NCBI GenBank assembly: GCA_043814965.1
Contig: JBDRJN010000006.1
Location: 71,838-135,837 of the forward strand
Reading direction: 5' to 3'
Length of the DNA: 64,000 bases
Origin: Candidatus Omnitrophota bacterium
GTDB taxonomy: Bacteria; Omnitrophota; Gorgyraeia; Gorgyraeales; Gorgyraeaceae
The position numbers and the translations under genes were made by a program. Positions 28,224-39,164 of the stretch are shown here, piece by piece; the stretch's first letter is position 1, and every line of letters begins with the position of its first letter. The notes under the pieces were generated by a model, which had not been told where the DNA came from, made no database searches, and saw only the letters and a list, made by a program, of their open reading frames with translations.

Positions 28224-28670
28224 ATGGATTTTTTTATTAGCCTTGGGAAAAACCAGGTCTTTTTATCCACGCTTCTGGCATGGCTTATAGCCCAGAGCGT
28301 AAAAGTGATAATCGGCGTAGTGCAGGAGAAGAGGTTTAATTTTAGATGGTTTGTAGGTACAGGGGGGATGCCTAGTTCTCATGCTTCTACAGTATCAGCC
28401 CTTGCTACTTCTATCGGGCTTATTTTTGGTTTTTCTTCACCATTTTTTGCAATAGCATTTTTCTTTGCCTTTATCATAATGTTTGACGCGCAGGGGGTAA
28501 GGAGACAAAGCGGACAACAGGCTGAGGCTTTGAATAAGATAATAGAGGATATATATCTACAAAAAGGCATAAAACAGGAACGCCTTATGGAATTTTTAGG
28601 GCATACGCCTATACAGGTATTCATAGGTTCTGCTATAGGGGTTATAATAGCCCTTATTTGCCATAAATAG
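28224..28670 (+). CDS. Divergent PAP2-family membrane protein (DUF212)
   Basis: GGMPSSHASTVSALATSIG...MFDAQGVRRQSGQQAE is the characteristic motif of the divergent PAP2 / acid-phosphatase-like family. Confidence 0.7.
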   Translation: MDFFISLGKNQVFLSTLLAWLIAQSVKVIIGVVQEKRFNFRWFVGTGGMPSSHASTVSALATSIGLIFGFSSPFFAIAFFFAFIIMFDAQGVRRQSGQQAEALNKIIEDIYLQKGIKQERLMEFLGHTPIQVFIGSAIGVIIALICHK

Positions 28671-28684
28671 AAAGAGAGGCTATC

Positions 28685-29623
28685 TTGAATAATAGATTAT
28701 TAGGTGCTATCATCGGTCTAGGGCTTATAGGGGTAGTAGCGTTTATAGTGTTCAATGGCAAGGACGATAGCACCTCTCAACCCGTAATATCTCCAATAGA
28801 ATCTCCAAAAACTACAAATGTAGATTTGAAGTCAATAAAGGCTCTTATCGCAGAAGATAAACTGGATGAAGCTAGTAACTTTATTTTAGAATTGCAGAGT
28901 AAAGATCCTGATATGGATGCTTTAGGGAATATGTGTTTTAGCTTGGCAGATGCTTTTGAAAAAAAGGGGTATCTTGTCAAAGCCAGGGATATGTATGAGG
29001 TCATATTAAATAAATATCAGAATGTAGATAATATATTGGAGATACAGAATAGATCTGGATATCTTAGCATGAAGATATTGTTCTCTTCTATCATCACAGA
29101 AGAAGATACCCGCTATGAAATAGTTCCAGGCGATACGCTGTCTGGGATCGCAAGGAAATTCAATACAACGGTCGACCTTATAAAGGCGTCCAACTCTCTT
29201 GCCAGCGATGTCATAAGGGCTGGAGCGGTTCTTAAGGTCTCAAATATAAAATATAAAATATTAGTGGATAAATCCCAAAACATATTAACGCTTTTCAAAG
29301 ATGACGGAAGGCTTGTAAAGGTATACAAGGTCTCTACAGGTGAGAACAATTGCACGCCGGTCGGGACTTTTACTATAGTAAACAAGATAAAAGACCCTGT
29401 GTGGTATACTCAAGGCGCTATTGTGCCGCCTGAAAGCCCTGATAATATACTAGGTTCGCGCTGGCTTGGCTTATCTGAAAAAGGGTATGGGATACATGGC
29501 ACTACAGAGCCAGCAAGCCTGGGCACCCAGGCTACAAAGGGCTGTATAAGGATGCTCAATTCCGAAGTAGAGGAACTCTATACCATTATACCTGTCAATA
29601 CAGAGGTAACTATACTGGACTAG
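28685..29623 (+). CDS. LysM-domain L,D-transpeptidase (YkuD family)
   Basis: LysM ([29 protein letters not shown]) and the YkuD catalytic domain ([24 protein letters not shown]). The start is TTG in the ORF track. Confidence 0.8.
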   Translation: MNNRLLGAIIGLGLIGVVAFIVFNGKDDSTSQPVISPIESPKTTNVDLKSIKALIAEDKLDEASNFILELQSKDPDMDALGNMCFSLADAFEKKGYLVKARDMYEVILNKYQNVDNILEIQNRSGYLSMKILFSSIITEEDTRYEIVPGDTLSGIARKFNTTVDLIKASNSLASDVIRAGAVLKVSNIKYKILVDKSQNILTLFKDDGRLVKVYKVSTGENNCTPVGTFTIVNKIKDPVWYTQGAIVPPESPDNILGSRWLGLSEKGYGIHGTTEPASLGTQATKGCIRMLNSEVEELYTIIPVNTEVTILD

Positions 29624-29625
29624 AT

Positions 29626-30576
29626 ATGATAAATGGATTGGATTTTGAAAAACCTATATTAGAACTCGAGCTCAAGATAGCTGAGCTTAAATCTCTCGCA
29701 GCTGATGGAAGCATTGATTTGTCCGAGGAGATAAAAAAACTTGAATCAAGGCTTGAGAAGGTACGTAAAGAAATATTCGAGTCCCTTACGCCGTGGCAGA
29801 AGATACAACTTGCCAGGCATCCGAAACGGCCTTACACATATGATTATATCAATATGATAATGGTGGATTTTGTCGAGATACATGGCGATAGGATGTTCCA
29901 GGATGATAAATCTATTGTCGGAGGATTTGCTAAGATCGACGGGGAAAAGGTGATGGTGATCGGGCATCAAAAGGGGAGAGATACAAAAGAGAACCTTATT
30001 AGGAATTTTGGCAGTGCCCATCCTGAAGGATACAGGAAGGCATTGAGGCTCATGAAGCTAGCTGAGAAATTTAGGGTACCGATCATCAGTTTTATAGATA
30101 CCCCTGGCGCATATCCCGGGATAGGCGCTGAGGAGAGAGGACAGGCTGGAGCTATAGCCTATAACCTGAGAGAGATGATAGAGCTGAAGGTACCGGTAAT
30201 AGTTATAGTAATAGGAGAAGGCGGCTCAGGCGGGGCGCTTGGAATAGGCATAGGTGATAGAGTGTATGTGATGGAAAATGCTTATTACTCTGTGATCTCT
30301 CCTGAAGGATGCGCAGCTATTCTTTGGAAAGACAGGCTTAAGGCGCCTGATGCAGCTGAGGTCTTAAAGCTTACTGCCAAGGACCTTATAAAACTCAATA
30401 TAATAGATGGAGAGATCAAAGAGCCATTAGGCGGAGCGCATAGAGATCCCGAAGAAATATCCAATACTGTTAAAAAGTGCATCAAGAAGGCGTTAAAAGA
30501 ACTATCCAGTCTATCCACGGATGATTTACTAGAACAAAGATACAAAAAATTCAGAAAAATGGGAGACATAGAATAA
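29626..30576 (+). CDS. accA: Acetyl-CoA carboxylase carboxyltransferase alpha subunit
   Basis: [12 protein letters not shown]...[29 protein letters not shown]. Confidence 0.9.
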   Translation: MINGLDFEKPILELELKIAELKSLAADGSIDLSEEIKKLESRLEKVRKEIFESLTPWQKIQLARHPKRPYTYDYINMIMVDFVEIHGDRMFQDDKSIVGGFAKIDGEKVMVIGHQKGRDTKENLIRNFGSAHPEGYRKALRLMKLAEKFRVPIISFIDTPGAYPGIGAEERGQAGAIAYNLREMIELKVPVIVIVIGEGGSGGALGIGIGDRVYVMENAYYSVISPEGCAAILWKDRLKAPDAAEVLKLTAKDLIKLNIIDGEIKEPLGGAHRDPEEISNTVKKCIKKALKELSSLSTDDLLEQRYKKFRKMGDIE

Positions 30577-30578
30577 GG

Positions 30579-30666
30579 GCCGGAGTGGCGGAATTGGCTG
30601 ACGCGCACGACTCAAAATCGTGTGAGGTAACCCCTCGTGTGGGTTCGACTCCCACCTCCGGCACCA
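30579..30666 (+). tRNA. tRNA-Leu (anticodon CAA) with a long variable arm
   Basis: The acceptor stem GCCGGAG/CTCCGGC is followed by A and an encoded CCA. The anticodon stem-loop is CACGA-CTCAAAA-TCGTG, and the T-arm is GGTTCGACTCC. Confidence 0.8.
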
Positions 30667-30836
30667 CATTACAGTATACAGTTTCTCTGGAAAATTTTAG
30701 AGATATAGATTTTTCTTGGAGAAGGAGTCGAATGGCAGGCCATTTTCTAATAGAGCTTTGCGCCGAGCAAAGCGAGAGATAGCTTTAGGCACCATTTACT
30801 GATTACTATTTACGGATTACTGATCACTAAAATAGT

Positions 30837-30912
30837 GGGGCAGTAGCGAAGCTGGGATCGCGCCACAATGGCATTGTGGAGACCACGGGTTCGACTCCCG
30901 TCTGCTCCACCA
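30837..30912 (+). tRNA. tRNA-Ala (anticodon GGC)
   Basis: The acceptor stem carries the G3:U70 wobble, the Ala identity element. The anticodon loop is A-T-GGC-A-T, the T-arm is GGTTCGACTCC, and the CCA is encoded. Confidence 0.8.
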
Positions 30913-30947
30913 AATAATCAAATTTTCAACATATAGAATTTAAAAAT

Positions 30948-32768
30948 ATGGCTGATTTATTTAGAAAAAATAGGTTATTGTTTTTTATACTATTTTTAAG
31001 CTTAGCTATAAATATTATCGGTCTGACATGGGGCCTTCCGGAGAATTGGCATCCCGATAATAAGGTAAAACACATAGCATATTGTATAACCACAGAAGAC
31101 CTAAATCCCCACCTTTTCATCAATCCGTCATTTTATATATATTATCTTTTGGCCTTCTGCAAGATATTCCTATTTTTTGTAAAAAACGCTTCTTATAGCA
31201 GCTTAATAATCCTTTGCAGGATCCTGACAGCTTTAATAGGAACGTGCACAGTTTTTATTACTTATTTATTGTCCAAGAATATTTTTGGCGTGAAATCCGG
31301 GCTATATTCTGCTTTATTCTTGGCATTAAGTGCCGGGATTTTGATGTATAGCCACTTTACTATACCGGAAATAATGGCCACATTCTTTATTGTATTGACG
31401 CTATACTACCTGAGTAGATATGTAGATGAGTCCAGGAATAGATATTTGTACTATTCAGCCATGACGCTAGGACTTGCTATCTCGACAAAATATACAGCTA
31501 TTTTACTTTTTATCTTTATAATATTAGGCATGTTTTTTGTAAGCAAAAAACAAGATGACAGGAATATCCAAAAGCCCCCTCTATCTATCAATGCATTAAG
31601 CATAGGCTCTATTTTTATAGGTGTACTATCGTTTGTATTTATATTTTTTATCAATGACAAGGCATCAGCTGTTTATGTAGGGAAATTCCTTGATAGCGCC
31701 GGTAATATAAATTTTTGGAACGAACACAAGCCAGAATATATACCAATATTTATAGCAGATATCAAAAAGCTATTGATTTTTGTCGGGTTTATTTTTTTAG
31801 TGGTATTTCCCCTGGCGGTACGTATCAGATCTCTGAGAGATGTCCTATCAAAAGTCTTTATTAGGGGGGAATTTTTTCGTGTATGTTCATTGACAGTGAT
31901 CTTTTTTTGTATAGGGACCCCTTTTGCAATCTTAGATTATAAGCAATTTTTACATGATATGTTTCTTAATTGGCAGGTACAGCGGTACTGTCTTGGTTTT
32001 ACTTATGCAGGGATGCAATGGGGCTCATATTTTAAACATATTATAAATCTGCTGGGTATTCCTATATTCGCCTGCAGTGTCTTAGGCATGTTTTATGTTA
32101 TAAGGTCAAAAGACATAAAACATAGGAAGATAATCATTTTATTTAGCTATGTATGCCTTACTTACATGGCATATGGCTCAAGGGCGTTATCGGTCCAGAG
32201 GTATATACTTCCAATAGTCCCTGGGATGGCGATCTTTGCGGGGGCTTTATTCGGCAAGTATCTTGATACTGAGAAAAAGGCAATGAGGCCTTTGAAGTCA
32301 TCTGTATTGGGCATTGTAATAGCATATTCTTTCTTTTATTCATTAAGCGTCGACCTGATATTATTGAATGATTCGAGATATAAGGCAGGAAAATGGATAG
32401 AAGAAAATATAACAAAAGATTCTCCGATAGGGGTCTTTTCTTACAACAGGTATTTACCTAATTTTAAGGAAGGCTATAAGATATACTACATGTCAGCCAT
32501 TCATGATAAAGACATAGATTTTGATGACTTTCTGGCGGGATTTAAAAAGCAGCGTTTCGACTATCTGGTCTTGTCGGATATGTTTTATGGGGTCTATATC
32601 GATTCCGATCAATATCCAGAAAGAAAGTTGTTTTATGAAGAGTTATTTCAGGGAAAATATGGGTATGAGATAATAGCGGATTTTAAATATAGGCCTATCT
32701 TAGAGCCCGTTGTTGATTTTGCCAATCCAAAAATAGTGATCTTGAAGAATACGTCGATACAACTTTAA
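30948..32768 (+). CDS. Polytopic membrane glycosyltransferase, GT39/GT83-like (ArnT/PMT-type)
   Basis: At least 10 predicted N-terminal TM helices followed by a soluble C-terminal domain; the overall topology and composition resemble ArnT/PMT-family transferases. I saw no definitive motif. Confidence 0.45.
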   Translation: MADLFRKNRLLFFILFLSLAINIIGLTWGLPENWHPDNKVKHIAYCITTEDLNPHLFINPSFYIYYLLAFCKIFLFFVKNASYSSLIILCRILTALIGTCTVFITYLLSKNIFGVKSGLYSALFLALSAGILMYSHFTIPEIMATFFIVLTLYYLSRYVDESRNRYLYYSAMTLGLAISTKYTAILLFIFIILGMFFVSKKQDDRNIQKPPLSINALSIGSIFIGVLSFVFIFFINDKASAVYVGKFLDSAGNINFWNEHKPEYIPIFIADIKKLLIFVGFIFLVVFPLAVRIRSLRDVLSKVFIRGEFFRVCSLTVIFFCIGTPFAILDYKQFLHDMFLNWQVQRYCLGFTYAGMQWGSYFKHIINLLGIPIFACSVLGMFYVIRSKDIKHRKIIILFSYVCLTYMAYGSRALSVQRYILPIVPGMAIFAGALFGKYLDTEKKAMRPLKSSVLGIVIAYSFFYSLSVDLILLNDSRYKAGKWIEENITKDSPIGVFSYNRYLPNFKEGYKIYYMSAIHDKDIDFDDFLAGFKKQRFDYLVLSDMFYGVYIDSDQYPERKLFYEELFQGKYGYEIIADFKYRPILEPVVDFANPKIVILKNTSIQL

Positions 32769-32894
32769 GGTATTGACTTTTTAGTTGATTATTCTAAATA
32801 TACCGCTTAAAATAGGTTCGACGGGTATTATAGCGACTTATTTTCGTACCATAACTTATGGCTGATGCATAGCCTGAAAGATCTTGTATTTATT

Positions 32895-35384
32895 ATGAGC
32901 CAGGAATTTTACCCATTCAAGGATATTGAAAAAAAATGGCAGGATAGATGGAATAAAGAGGGCCTATCTAAAATGGACCCGAATTCCAAAAAAGAAAAAT
33001 ATTACTGCCTGATGATGTTTCCTTATCCTTCCTCATCTTTACATGTCGGCCATGGAAGGAACTACATCATAGGCGACGTAGTGGCTAGATATAAGATCAT
33101 GAGAGGGCTGAATGTCCTGACCCCGATGGGCTGGGATGCGTTTGGCCTTCCCGCGGAAAATGCCGCGATAAAAAACGGCATACATCCAAAGATATCCACA
33201 TTTAATAATATAAAGACAATGAAGGCTCAACTCAATGCGTGGGGCGTGGGGTATGATTGGGATAGAGAAGTGACTTCATGCAATCCCGAATACTATAAAT
33301 GGACCCAGTGGATGTTTTTGCAGCTTTATAAAAAAGGGCTTGCGTATAAAAAGAAGGCATCTGTCAATTGGTGCTCTTCTTGCCAGACAGTCCTTGCCAA
33401 TGAGCAGGTCATTGAAGGGAGATGTGAAAGATGTTCTACTGAAGTAGAATTGCGTAAGCTCGAACAGTGGTTTTTTAAGATCACTGATTATGCCCAGAGG
33501 CTGTTAGATGATCTGGAGTTACTTAAAGATTGGCCTGACAGGGTAAAGACTATGCAGAGGAACTGGATAGGGAGAAGCGAAGGCGTAGAGATAGACTTTA
33601 AAATAGCCGATAGCGATATGAAACTGACGTGTTTTACGACAAGGGCAGACACCATATATGGAGCTACATATATGGTGCTCGCATGTGAACACCCGTATAT
33701 ATTGGATATTATAAAAGGGCATAAAAATGAAAAGGAGATAAAGAAATTCATAGATGGAGTAAAAAAAGAAAGCGTGATAGACAGGGTCTCAGCAAATACA
33801 GAGAAAAAAGGTTTTTTCACGGATAGGTATGTCATAAATCCGGTCAACAATAGGAAGATACCTCTTTTTGTTGCAAATTATGTTGTGATGGAATACGGTT
33901 CTGGCGCTGTGATGGCAGTACCTGCGCATGACCAGAGGGATTTTGAATTTGCTAAAAAATACGATCTTGCGATAGAGGTGGTCATAGATAATCCTGCATC
34001 TCCGCTCGAAGCCGCAGCCATGAGAGAAGCGTATATTGAAGACGGGGTCATGGTAAACTCCGGTAAGTTTGACAATATTTCCAATAGAGAAGCTATGGAA
34101 AAGATAGCTTCTTATATGGAGGATAAGAAAATAGGCAGAAGAAAAGTAAATTATAAATTGAGAGATTGGCTTATCTCAAGGCAGCGTTACTGGGGCGCGC
34201 CCATACCTATAGTATATTGTAAAAAATGCGGTATACAGCCTGTCAAAGAAGAGGACTTGCCAGTGCTTTTAGCGGAACACGTTGAGTTTAAACCTCATGG
34301 AGAATCGCCTCTCAAGTCTTCTAAGGAATTTGTCAACACGGCTTGCCCTAATTGCAATGGCCATGCAGAGCGTGAAATAGACACCATGGATACATTTGTC
34401 GATTCCAGCTGGTATTTCCTTAGATATCTATCTCCGAATGATGATAAAAGGCCGTTCGATAAAGATATTGTAAATAAATGGCTTCCTGTTGACCAGTATA
34501 TAGGAGGCGTAGAGCATGCCATCCTGCACCTTTTGTATTCTAGGTTTATAGTAAAGGTCCTGTCCGACATGTCATATATAAATTTTAAAGAGCCATTTTC
34601 AAATCTTTTTACACAGGGCATGATAGTAAAAGATGGGGCAAAGATGTCTAAGTCCAAAGGGAATGTAGTAAGCCCCGACGCCTTGATAGAAAAATATGGC
34701 GCAGATACAGTGCGTTTTTACACGCTTTTTATAGGGCCTCCTGAAAAGGACGCTGAATGGAACGATAGAGGAGTAGAAGGGGCCTGGAGATTTTTGAATA
34801 GGCTTTGGAGGCTTATCGAAAACCATAGAGAGATCATCTCTAGAGGAGATGCGCAGACTGATACTCACAACATATCCTCTCTTAAACGTAAGACCCATTT
34901 TACTATCAAAAAGGTCACAGAAGATATAGAAGGCGGTTTTCATTTTAATACTGCGTTAAGTTCTATTATGGAACTTGTCAATGAGATATATAACGCGATC
35001 AGTATGGATACGGATCACTGGTCACGCCTGCCAGGGGTCACGGGTAATGACATGAAAGAAGCCATGGAGGCCGCAGTAATACTCTTGGCTCCATTTGCGC
35101 CTCATGTCTCAGAAGAGATGTGGGGAAAACTGGGTAATAGGGAAAGCATATTCAAGGCTAGCTGGCCTGAGCATGATAAAGACGTTCTTATTGAAGATGA
35201 GATCAGCTTAGTGGTCCAGGTAAGCGGTAAGATGCGCTCCAAGATATCTGTCTCTAAAGATGCTAGTGAAGAAGAGATAATCGCTATTCTATTAAAGGAC
35301 CCTGCTGTTATTAAATGGATAGAAGGAAAAGAGATAAAAAAGATCATTATTGTCAAAGGCAGGCTCGTGAATATAGTTGTTTGA
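32895..35384 (+). CDS. leuS: Leucyl-tRNA synthetase
   Basis: HIGH (PYPSSSLHVGHGRNY), KMSKS (KMSKSKGN) and the LeuRS editing domain. The ATG at 32895 aligns with canonical LeuRS N-termini; the track ORF starts 30 nt further upstream. Confidence 0.9.
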   Translation: MSQEFYPFKDIEKKWQDRWNKEGLSKMDPNSKKEKYYCLMMFPYPSSSLHVGHGRNYIIGDVVARYKIMRGLNVLTPMGWDAFGLPAENAAIKNGIHPKISTFNNIKTMKAQLNAWGVGYDWDREVTSCNPEYYKWTQWMFLQLYKKGLAYKKKASVNWCSSCQTVLANEQVIEGRCERCSTEVELRKLEQWFFKITDYAQRLLDDLELLKDWPDRVKTMQRNWIGRSEGVEIDFKIADSDMKLTCFTTRADTIYGATYMVLACEHPYILDIIKGHKNEKEIKKFIDGVKKESVIDRVSANTEKKGFFTDRYVINPVNNRKIPLFVANYVVMEYGSGAVMAVPAHDQRDFEFAKKYDLAIEVVIDNPASPLEAAAMREAYIEDGVMVNSGKFDNISNREAMEKIASYMEDKKIGRRKVNYKLRDWLISRQRYWGAPIPIVYCKKCGIQPVKEEDLPVLLAEHVEFKPHGESPLKSSKEFVNTACPNCNGHAEREIDTMDTFVDSSWYFLRYLSPNDDKRPFDKDIVNKWLPVDQYIGGVEHAILHLLYSRFIVKVLSDMSYINFKEPFSNLFTQGMIVKDGAKMSKSKGNVVSPDALIEKYGADTVRFYTLFIGPPEKDAEWNDRGVEGAWRFLNRLWRLIENHREIISRGDAQTDTHNISSLKRKTHFTIKKVTEDIEGGFHFNTALSSIMELVNEIYNAISMDTDHWSRLPGVTGNDMKEAMEAAVILLAPFAPHVSEEMWGKLGNRESIFKASWPEHDKDVLIEDEISLVVQVSGKMRSKISVSKDASEEEIIAILLKDPAVIKWIEGKEIKKIIIVKGRLVNIVV

Positions 35385-35814
35385 CATAGATATGAAAAGC
35401 ATTGTATATATATTGTTAGTGGTCATTTTATCGGCAAGCCCTCTTAACGCAGAAGAAGATAAAGAGATCTCATATTTAAAAGAGATAGTTTCTATAATTA
35501 CAGAAGCGGATGTCACAGTAAGAAGCATAAGTTTTGACCATATACTTATAAAAGATGGCGTCAAGAAGCTGGAGGGGTATGTAGAAAGATTAGATTCTCT
35601 AGAATGCCCTCCAAGTTTTTCAAGGCAATATAAGATGACATCGCTTTCGCTCAAGAAAATGAGAATGGCATTTTTGTTTTTTTCAGTAGAGAGAAGAGAG
35701 TATTGCAGGATGTTGGTTAAAAATGGGGCAATGCTTTTAAAGGAAGCGGCTATGGATATAAAAAATATTGCCAAAGAAAAAGGCCTTATAAATGAAGAAA
35801 GGGGTTCTCAATGA
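35377..35814 (+). CDS. Hypothetical small secreted protein
   Basis: Signal peptide (MKSIVYILLVVILSASPLNA); no known domain. Confidence 0.3.
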   Translation: MFDIDMKSIVYILLVVILSASPLNAEEDKEISYLKEIVSIITEADVTVRSISFDHILIKDGVKKLEGYVERLDSLECPPSFSRQYKMTSLSLKKMRMAFLFFSVERREYCRMLVKNGAMLLKEAAMDIKNIAKEKGLINEERGSQ

Positions 35815-36386
35815 AAAAGATCTTTCTATGCATGGCATTGGCGCTATTTTTTTCTGATCTATACGTTTTTAATTCTATGGCTAGCGAAGAAGCGGCTAAA
35901 AAAAAATCAAAGGTCATTCTTCCTACGGGAGATATATCTTCCTCGATCCCTTCATTGTCCCCTGATGTAACTACGCCTTCCCTCAAAGATGATGCAGCTG
36001 GCATACAGGAAGAGGCGGCATTTACAAGTATCGATAATATCCCGGGCTCTCCAGTAGAGATCACCCTGCCTGTTACGGAAGTCCTGACAAATATGACAGA
36101 GGCGCCTGATTCTGGAAACCTGCTGGGAGAAGTCATCGATGTATATTTGGATAAAAATGACTATTCTATAGTCATAAAAGATGACAATTTTAAGGATCCA
36201 GTGAAATTACAAGGGTCATTAAACTCAAGCCTTGTGGTGAGAGAGGGTAGGACCGTGCCTTTTTCGGATATCAAGAAAGGTAATTGGTTAAGCGCCGTGT
36301 ATACCAAAGAAGGAGAGATATCCAAGGTGCATTTTATAAGCATAATACCGGAAAAAAGCCTGCATACAATAAAGCGCAACCCCTAA
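35811..36386 (+). CDS. Hypothetical secreted protein
   Basis: Signal peptide (MKKIFLCMALALFFSDLYVFNSMA), S/P/T-rich linker; no known domain. Confidence 0.35.
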   Translation: MKKIFLCMALALFFSDLYVFNSMASEEAAKKKSKVILPTGDISSSIPSLSPDVTTPSLKDDAAGIQEEAAFTSIDNIPGSPVEITLPVTEVLTNMTEAPDSGNLLGEVIDVYLDKNDYSIVIKDDNFKDPVKLQGSLNSSLVVREGRTVPFSDIKKGNWLSAVYTKEGEISKVHFISIIPEKSLHTIKRNP

Positions 36387-36400
36387 AAAACTGATACTCC

Positions 36401-36736
36401 ATGTTGATTTTTTCTAGATCTGACAGGCAAACTATTGTTTCTGTTCTATTGATAGGCGTCTTTATAATAAGCCTTTCCTATTATAAAAAAATAGACCACC
36501 AACCTGATAATATTACATTAGATATAAAAGAAGGCATAGGTTTAGTAAATATAAATACAGCTGCTTATCCTGAATTAGAAAGGCTTCCAGGCATAGGGCC
36601 TGCATTAGCCAGGGCTATTGTCCTTTATAGGCAGGATAGAGGAGCTTTTAAAGATAAGGAAGATATAAAAGATGTGAATGGTATAGGCCGGAAGAAATTC
36701 GATAAAATAAAAGAGCTCATAACTATAGATGAATAA
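36401..36736 (+). CDS. comEA: ComEA-like competence protein (helix-hairpin-helix DNA-binding)
   Basis: VNINTAAYPELERLPGIGPALARAIVLYRQDRGAFKDKEDIKDVNGIGRKKFDKI is the tandem HhH ComEA signature; N-terminal membrane anchor. Confidence 0.7.
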   Translation: MLIFSRSDRQTIVSVLLIGVFIISLSYYKKIDHQPDNITLDIKEGIGLVNINTAAYPELERLPGIGPALARAIVLYRQDRGAFKDKEDIKDVNGIGRKKFDKIKELITIDE

Positions 36737-38153
36737 AAGGCCTCTTTTTATAATAGCGCTATGTCTAGTAATAGGGATAATAATAGCCGGATTTTTGCCT
36801 AAAAAAGTCGATTTTATATGCATACTAATACCAGTCTGTGTATTTATTATATTGTCTTTATTGTCCTTTAAAAGCAAGGCCAGCTGCAATATTTTTATAA
36901 GCCTATCTATCATTGGTCTTGCCGTCCTTTTATATATAAATTCAAATACATTTCCGAATGATCATATCAGTGGTCTTTTAAGGGAGGGGTCTCAGCCTTC
37001 AGTATTGGTCGGGGCCATCAAGCAGCCTATATTGATGCGTAAGGCATATTTTGGTAAGGTCATCTCCAGATATTTATTTGAAGTCGAAGGAGTAAAGGTT
37101 AAAGATCATTGGGTTGGCATGAAAGGGTTGACTTATCTTGATGTACAGAAAGAAACGCTTTATGATTACGGAGACCGGCTGCTTGTAGAGGGAGTCATCA
37201 AAAGGCCTGTCAAGAAGACGGATTTTAATTATAGAGAATATCTCGAGAGAAAGAATATATTTTTACTTGTCTCTTCCAAAGAAAATAGCATAAGACTATT
37301 GTCAAAAGATCATAGATCCAGCTATGTACTAAAACTTGTTTATTATATCAGAGCAAGGCTGAGTTCAAAGATCATAGAATATATGCCTATTGAAAATGGG
37401 GCATTTTTTAGGGCTATTCTCCTGGGGGACAGGTCAGAGCTTTCTAGAGGGGTCAAAGATTCTTTCAAGGCTTCAGGTATCATGCATATACTGGCGATAA
37501 GCGGGCTGCATGTCGGGCTTGTCGCATTGGTTGTCATGATGTTATTGAAGGCTATTGGTATAAAGAGAGAATGGACTTATTTTATTACGATGATATTTTT
37601 AGCTTTTTTTGTAATACTGACGCTTTCCCCTGTATCTGTAGTAAGGGCTACTATAATGATATACGTCTTTCTTATGGGAATGATACTCGGAAGGAAGGTG
37701 GATATGTGCAATTCATTGGGCCTGGCAGCGATATTTGTATTGGCTAGGAATCCAAAAGAACTTTTCAACGCAGGTTTCCAGCTTTCTTTTTTGATAGTAC
37801 TCTCCATAGCGTGCCTCGCCCCGTATTTTATGAAGCTGGCAGGGCATAGGGGCCATCCTTATATAAGGAAATATATATATGCGCCTTTTTCAGTGTCGTT
37901 GGCAGCATGGGTAGGGAGTTTCCCGCTGTTACTATATTATTTCAGGGTAATATGCCCTATTTCTATCGTCTCCAATCTTTTTATCATACCTATTGTTTTT
38001 GTCCTTTTATTGTCAGGGATTTTGTTTATAATATTAAGTTGGGCGCCTTTTGCGGGCGAGTATTTGATCTATGCCAGTAATTTTATTATAGATAAGATAT
38101 TTTATCTAGCCAATTTTTTTAGTTCTTTAAGGTTTGGGCATTTTTATATTTGA
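36729..38153 (+). CDS. comEC: ComEC/Rec2-family DNA-uptake channel protein, competence domain only, with no metallo-beta-lactamase domain
   Basis: The polytopic membrane protein carries the ComEC 'competence' motif (RAILLGDRSELSRGVKDSFKASGIMHILAISGLHVGLVALVV). At 474 aa it is shorter than full-length ComEC. Confidence 0.7.
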   Translation: MNKRPLFIIALCLVIGIIIAGFLPKKVDFICILIPVCVFIILSLLSFKSKASCNIFISLSIIGLAVLLYINSNTFPNDHISGLLREGSQPSVLVGAIKQPILMRKAYFGKVISRYLFEVEGVKVKDHWVGMKGLTYLDVQKETLYDYGDRLLVEGVIKRPVKKTDFNYREYLERKNIFLLVSSKENSIRLLSKDHRSSYVLKLVYYIRARLSSKIIEYMPIENGAFFRAILLGDRSELSRGVKDSFKASGIMHILAISGLHVGLVALVVMMLLKAIGIKREWTYFITMIFLAFFVILTLSPVSVVRATIMIYVFLMGMILGRKVDMCNSLGLAAIFVLARNPKELFNAGFQLSFLIVLSIACLAPYFMKLAGHRGHPYIRKYIYAPFSVSLAAWVGSFPLLLYYFRVICPISIVSNLFIIPIVFVLLLSGILFIILSWAPFAGEYLIYASNFIIDKIFYLANFFSSLRFGHFYI

Positions 38154-38222
38154 TATTAGTACTATTTATATATTAGGCTATGCTAATTGACATATATAGA
38201 CAGCTATGATAATATGTAACGC

Positions 38223-39164
38223 ATGGTACGCAAAATAATCATAATCTCAATAATATTTTTCACGTTCATGACAGGGCCTGCTTTTTCATTTTGGATATGG
38301 ACCCCAGAGGGCGGTAAGTGGGAAAACCCCAAATATAAGGCCAAGGATACTCCAGAAGAACAGCTCGAGTACTCAATATCATTTTATAAGGAAAAGAATT
38401 ACAAAGGCGCCTTAAGGGAATTCAAAAAACTATTGAAATACTACCCTCTATCCAAACAAGCGCCTACTGCTCAGTATTATCTTGGGCGCGTAATGCAGGA
38501 TACCGGCAATGTGTACGATGCGTTTAAGGCCTACCAGAAGGTGATAGACTTGTACCCGCATACGGAATTTGTAGATGAGGTCATAGAAAGGCAATTTAAT
38601 ATAGGATTGGAGTTCTTCTCCGGCAGAAAGTACAATGTATTAGGACCGCTTAAAGTACCGGCAAAAGATAAGGCTATAGAGATATTCAAGATGGTCTTCG
38701 AGAATGCCCCTTATGGCAAATATGCTGATATATCTATATTTAATGCAGGCATTTCCTATAAAGACATAGAAGATTATCAAAATGCCATAATAATGTTCAA
38801 GGACCTTATAGATAAATATCCTAATTCGGAGTATGTTGACAAGGCAAGATACTATCTTGCTGAATCTTCCAGGCTTGTATCTTTGAACCCGGATTATGAC
38901 CAGACCTCTACTGTAGTTGCCAGGGAGGAATTCAAGGATTTTATAAAGAAATATCCAGAAAGTCCCCTGTCCAAAGATGCTAAAAGCATAGTAAGTAAAC
39001 TTGAAGATAAAGAAGCAGAGAGCATATATAATACTGCTAAGTTCTATGAGTCAAGGCATAAGCCCGAGAGCGCAATGATATATTACCAGGATCTAGCGCA
39101 AAACTATCCAAATACAAAATGGGCAGATCTTGCAAGAGAAAGGCTCCGTGAGATCGATAAATAA
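38223..39164 (+). CDS. bamD: BamD/YfiO-like TPR-repeat outer-membrane assembly lipoprotein homologue
   Basis: Signal sequence plus TPR repeats with BamD-like C-terminal motifs (KDFIKKYPESPLSKDA...YYQDLAQNYPNTKWADLARERL). Confidence 0.5.
   Translation: MVRKIIIISIIFFTFMTGPAFSFWIWTPEGGKWENPKYKAKDTPEEQLEYSISFYKEKNYKGALREFKKLLKYYPLSKQAPTAQYYLGRVMQDTGNVYDAFKAYQKVIDLYPHTEFVDEVIERQFNIGLEFFSGRKYNVLGPLKVPAKDKAIEIFKMVFENAPYGKYADISIFNAGISYKDIEDYQNAIIMFKDLIDKYPNSEYVDKARYYLAESSRLVSLNPDYDQTSTVVAREEFKDFIKKYPESPLSKDAKSIVSKLEDKEAESIYNTAKFYESRHKPESAMIYYQDLAQNYPNTKWADLARERLREIDK

Noticed and set aside
30585-30782. 65-aa ORF on the + strand
   Set aside because: It overlaps tRNA-Leu(CAA) exactly and is a spurious translation of the tRNA gene.
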